From: Candidatus Poribacteria bacterium
Lineage (GTDB): Bacteria; Poribacteria; WGA-4E; WGA-3G
Assembly (NCBI GenBank): GCA_022821965.1
Contig: JAJECN010000035.1
Location: forward strand, 7,470-71,469
DNA: 64,000 bases
Reading direction: 5' to 3'
Shown here piece by piece: positions 60,137 through 64,000 of the stretch. The notes beneath the pieces are model-generated. The model had not been told where the DNA came from. It saw only the letters and a program-made list of their open reading frames with translations, and made no database searches. Numbering within the stretch: position 1 is the first letter of the stretch; each line of letters starts with the position of its first letter. Both the position numbers and the translations under genes were made by a program.

Positions 60137-63043
60137 ATGATAAGAAAAACAATCGTATCAATTTTCACTGTTATTCTGTTTTTAACCGCTTTACAAGGCA
60201 TTTCCAAGGCAACCGATTACAAGATGTACTGGACCCAAGGTAGAGAAATCCTGCGGGGGAATCCAGATGGCACAAACGTGGAGACCCTCGTTACTGGGAG
60301 AAATCCATCATCTCTCGCCTTAGATGTCGCAGGCAACAGAATGTACTGGATAGATCATGCATACAATAGTATTTTCAAAGCAACACTTGATGGGAAAAAT
60401 GTGGAGAAAATCATCACAGGATTATCCAACACGCCCGGCACGATTGCCTTAGATACCGCTAACAATAAAATCTATTGGACAGACCCAGGCAACCAAAAAA
60501 TACAGCGCGCAAATCTCGATGGATCAGATAGTGAAACAATCATTGAGGGTCAGGGGAACCTCTATGGTCTTGCCTTGGATGTCGGGGCAGGTAAGATGTA
60601 TTGGAGTAGATATGACTACATTTACCGCACAAATCTCGATGGATCAGACAGTGAAGTAATCATTGATTGGAGTAGCCAGATATATGATATCGTCTTAGAT
60701 GTCATAGCTGGTAAGATGTATCTTATTAATCGTGGGAGCATCCACAGCGTAAATCTCAATGGGTCAGATGGAAAAGTCCTCGTCAATGCTCCATCTGCTC
60801 AGAACTTTAGTTTAGATATTGAAAACGGCAAAATCTATTGGATAGAACCAAATAACAAAAAAATCAGACGCGCTAACCTTGATGGCACAAGTGCACACAA
60901 CCTCTTCACTGGATTAGATGACCTCAGGGGTATCGCTTTGGATCCCTCAGCACTACCGCCAACTGTCCCTGCTGGCAATGTACCACCATCCACAGATTCA
61001 GTTGGCAGTGTGACACCACCAACTGAACCCACTATTACTACACCCCCTTTAGTCGCGGCAACGGACCTTGAGTTATCGCATGGTGGGGATGTCCGGTGCG
61101 TTGCCTATAGTCCGGCGGGAATCGTCCTCGCAAGTGGTGGCATGGATGACACCATCCACCTGTGGCGCGCAAGCACCGGCGAACTCCTCAACACACTCGA
61201 CAGTCACTCTGGAGATGTTAACAGTATCGCCTTTAGTCCGAATGACACCTATATCGCCAGCGGAAGTGATGATGGAAAAGTGATCCTCTATAAGTGGAGC
61301 CCTGCTGCCGATACGTGGGTGACTACCGAGACCTTCAATATTCCGGGTGGTACTTTAGCGAACAATGTCAAGAGTGTCGCTTTTAGTCATGATAGCACGA
61401 TGCTGGCGTGTGGGACGAGTGGGAACAACGTGTTTATCTATGATTACGATCCGGATGCCGGGGAGTGGGTCTACCGCGAAACGTTGCATGGACATAGTGG
61501 CACGGTGAACAGCGTTGCCTTTAGTCCCTGGGGCGTTGTGCTGGCGAGCTCGAGCGATGACGGCACAGTGCGTCTGTGGCGTGCGCGCACGGGTGAACAC
61601 CTTGCTACGCTCGACAGGCATACGGCGGATGTTAACAGCGTTGCCTTTAGTCGGGATGATACCTTCATTGCGAGCGGTAGTGACGATGACACGGTGATCC
61701 TGTGGAAGTGGAGTGCGGTTGACGATACTTGGGTGCATCATCGCACGCTGGATCGGCATACTGATGATGTGCGGAGTGTGGCATTTAACGCCAACGGGTC
61801 GCTGTTAGTGAGTGCAAGCGCGGATAAGACGATCGGTGTATGGGATGGGCAGACAGGTGCCTACCAGACTTCACTGACAGAGCATACCGGTGGTGTTAAT
61901 AGCGTTGCCTATAATTTTCAGGGCAATGCCATAGCAAGTGGCAGTGATGATGGCACGGTTCGGCAGTTGGCACACACAGAATCAACAGACATCACCGATA
62001 AGGGTATCGGGCTGACAGTGCCATCGGGTCTTATTTCGGATGTCGCGTTTGGTCCAAAATCAACCTATTTTGTCTTGAATGCACAATATCCAACGCTGAC
62101 GGGTATTTCTGCCTCGGAGGTCGTCTATAAAAGTTGCAAAATCACGATTGACCTCCCGGGTGTCCCAGACGAGGCGGTAAGTCTGTTGGATATCCGAAAC
62201 TCACGTCTTGACAATCCTAACTATTATATGTTTCCACTTAAAACCCCCCGAGAGAGGATTGGTGAAGTGACAGCCGAGTTAGGTGCTGAACTGACAGTTG
62301 AGATCGCTGGGCTCATCCCGATAGCCGGTGATGCAGCAGGGGCATTATGGGAAACAGGAAAGGCTGCCTTAGCGATCCACGCCATTCTGCAATCAACAGC
62401 AGATCCGACAGTTACCCTGCGGGTGCTTAACCTTTCCGGACAGGCGGGTCGCCCTGCCAACCAGTGGCCTAGCCTCTTTTTACTTCAAGATCGGGTATCA
62501 AGTATAGGCATCAAGGTTGAGCAAAAATACGCGCGAAAAAGCGAAACAAAGCAGTTTTGGTTCGATCCGACCTATACCGTGACGTATGAGGGTACGTGGA
62601 ATTTGGCAGATGGCACCCTGGCGGCACCGAGCATGCAACTGATGACACTTGCGGACTATCCTCCATTTCAACAGCTCCCACCGGAAGTACAAGAGTATCT
62701 CCGCCGTCACTTCAGAGAGTTTATGACTGTCGGGAGATGGCAGATTCCAGAGACGACCGCGCTGTTACCGAACTATCCGAACCCGTTCAATCCTGAGACA
62801 TGGATTCCGTATCAACTCGCAAAACCTGCGGATGTGACATTGACGATCTATGACATCACCGGACACGTCGTGCGGAATTTAGACTTGGGACATCAACGTG
62901 CGGGGATGTATCACAGTCGGAGTCGTGCAGCGTATTGGGATGGCAGAAACGCAGTCGGTGAACCTGTTGCAAGTGGTCTCTATTTCTATGTGCTCAAAGC
63001 AGGTGATTTCTCGGCAACGCGGAAAATGTTGATAAAGAAGTAG
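60137..63043 (+). CDS. Secreted modular protein: YWTD/LDLR-B propeller, Pro/Thr linker, WD40 propeller, unknown domain and FlgD-Ig/T9SS-like C-terminal domain
   Basis: KIYWTD...IQRANLDG repeats; WD40 repeats; LLPNYPNPFNPETWIPYQL...WDGRN..GE.VASGLYFY; RBS before ATG 60137. Confidence 0.9.
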   Translation: MIRKTIVSIFTVILFLTALQGISKATDYKMYWTQGREILRGNPDGTNVETLVTGRNPSSLALDVAGNRMYWIDHAYNSIFKATLDGKNVEKIITGLSNTPGTIALDTANNKIYWTDPGNQKIQRANLDGSDSETIIEGQGNLYGLALDVGAGKMYWSRYDYIYRTNLDGSDSEVIIDWSSQIYDIVLDVIAGKMYLINRGSIHSVNLNGSDGKVLVNAPSAQNFSLDIENGKIYWIEPNNKKIRRANLDGTSAHNLFTGLDDLRGIALDPSALPPTVPAGNVPPSTDSVGSVTPPTEPTITTPPLVAATDLELSHGGDVRCVAYSPAGIVLASGGMDDTIHLWRASTGELLNTLDSHSGDVNSIAFSPNDTYIASGSDDGKVILYKWSPAADTWVTTETFNIPGGTLANNVKSVAFSHDSTMLACGTSGNNVFIYDYDPDAGEWVYRETLHGHSGTVNSVAFSPWGVVLASSSDDGTVRLWRARTGEHLATLDRHTADVNSVAFSRDDTFIASGSDDDTVILWKWSAVDDTWVHHRTLDRHTDDVRSVAFNANGSLLVSASADKTIGVWDGQTGAYQTSLTEHTGGVNSVAYNFQGNAIASGSDDGTVRQLAHTESTDITDKGIGLTVPSGLISDVAFGPKSTYFVLNAQYPTLTGISASEVVYKSCKITIDLPGVPDEAVSLLDIRNSRLDNPNYYMFPLKTPRERIGEVTAELGAELTVEIAGLIPIAGDAAGALWETGKAALAIHAILQSTADPTVTLRVLNLSGQAGRPANQWPSLFLLQDRVSSIGIKVEQKYARKSETKQFWFDPTYTVTYEGTWNLADGTLAAPSMQLMTLADYPPFQQLPPEVQEYLRRHFREFMTVGRWQIPETTALLPNYPNPFNPETWIPYQLAKPADVTLTIYDITGHVVRNLDLGHQRAGMYHSRSRAAYWDGRNAVGEPVASGLYFYVLKAGDFSATRKMLIKK

Positions 63044-63111
63044 GCACCAAACACATTCAGAGGTTGTTCTTACATTCTTTAGGTGCAACCTCCGAAGTGC
63101 CACGCTCCTCG

Positions 63112-63167
63112 GTAGGTGCAGTTTTGAGGCGGACTCGTCCAGATGCGATCTGTATGCCAACCGCACC
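63112..63167 (+). repeat. REP with an expanded loop
   Basis: GTAGGTGCAGTT ... AACCGCACC. Confidence 0.5.
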
Positions 63168-63261
63168 ATAAGCACCAATGTGAAAAAAACTGCCACATAA
63201 CTCATAGCACCGTAGGGAAATTATCCACAGTCTGGGGAGCATTGAAGAAAAAATTATAGCA

Positions 63262-64000
63262 CTATCCTCGCCTTAAAAGATCGGCTAAAGGCGTATACTC
63301 GCTGTTTTGAGATAATTCTGTAATAACGGCGTTTCCGTCCCGCTTAAAGAGTTTGTATGCCTTCCCATTAGGCGCAGAGGTGAGGATACGGTAGTGTTCC
63401 CCAACAATCTCAATCACCGCGTTATTATCACAAGCGATGCCGATGCCACCGCGTCTCGCGATCATCTGTGAGAAGGAGACTTCTCGCTTCTCAACGTGAT
63501 AATGCGGACAGTAGACTGCATTGATGAATCCGAGTCCCCTGACGCGGATATAGTCCCATTCGGGGTTACTGGAGAAAGAACGAGAATCGCTATGTCCGTA
63601 TTTAAACCAGCAGATCGCCCCGGCACTGAGACCTGATAGAACAGTACCACGGGACGCAGCTTCCGCCAACACGGCATCCAATCCCAATCGTCGCCATAAC
63701 TTCATCATCTTGTAGGTGTTTCCACCCCCAACATAGACCAGGTCCGAATCTAATACCAACGCGGACATCTCATCAAATGGCGGCGGATTTTGAATGAGCG
63801 TGAGCGTGCGCGTCTGGCATCCAAGATGTTCACCGTAAACCTTCTCAAAAGTATCAATATATCCAGACGCGTCGCTGCTGGCAGTTGGAATGAAGAGTGC
63901 TTTCGGTCGTGTTTTACCGGTCAATTCAACAATGCGTTTATCAATCGCAACGGTTTCCAATTCTCTAATTTCTCCGCCACCAATTGCGACAATCTTCGGT
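63262..64000 (-). CDS. Peptidase E / S51 family (5' partial)
   Basis: KIVAIGGG at the window edge; FIPTAS, YVGGGNT, GLSAGA and CPHY motifs. Confidence 0.9.
   Translation of the reverse strand, partial: PKIVAIGGGEIRELETVAIDKRIVELTGKTRPKALFIPTASSDASGYIDTFEKVYGEHLGCQTRTLTLIQNPPPFDEMSALVLDSDLVYVGGGNTYKMMKLWRRLGLDAVLAEAASRGTVLSGLSAGAICWFKYGHSDSRSFSSNPEWDYIRVRGLGFINAVYCPHYHVEKREVSFSQMIARRGGIGIACDNNAVIEIVGEHYRILTSAPNGKAYKLFKRDGNAVITELSQNSEYTPLADLLRRG

Noticed and set aside
1-64000. Genome-wide UGA reassignment as the explanation for the TGA triplet at 55648-55662
   Set aside because: Many genes end at TGA at family-typical positions with ATGA overlaps, and long ORFs have no internal TGA.

Overview
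A 64 kb gene-dense bacterial chromosomal segment. I found no rRNA, tRNA, CRISPR array or intact transposase. The gene set points by inference to Candidatus Poribacteria or a similar sponge symbiont: an ECF sigma-WD40 fusion, WD40/YWTD repeat proteins, a LamG protein ending in KLAITWAALK, an NYPNPFNPETWIPY C-terminal domain, PhyH and DUF1501. It contains three type II toxin-antitoxin loci, a MurQ/kinase pair, an SBP56 (methanethiol oxidase family) gene, a heterodimeric ABC exporter, a minus-strand run of small modification enzymes (32-41.6 kb) and many GTAG-type REP/REPIN repeats. The most notable observations are four. (1) The ORF at 55165 does not end cleanly at its first TGA but continues in frame as GGC-TGA-GGC-TGA-GGC-TGA-GGA-GGC-TAA, followed by a SECIS-like hairpin, so it is a candidate protein with a GGUGUGUGG triple-selenocysteine tail. 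(2) A ~90-nt structured element with compensatory stem changes sits just upstream of three unrelated genes. (3) A promoter, a 45-codon leader ORF and an attenuator-like hairpin lie in front of the DUF5916 gene. (4) An AAA+ protein has all its catalytic motifs degenerate. All family assignments are from motif recognition by eye; no database search was run.
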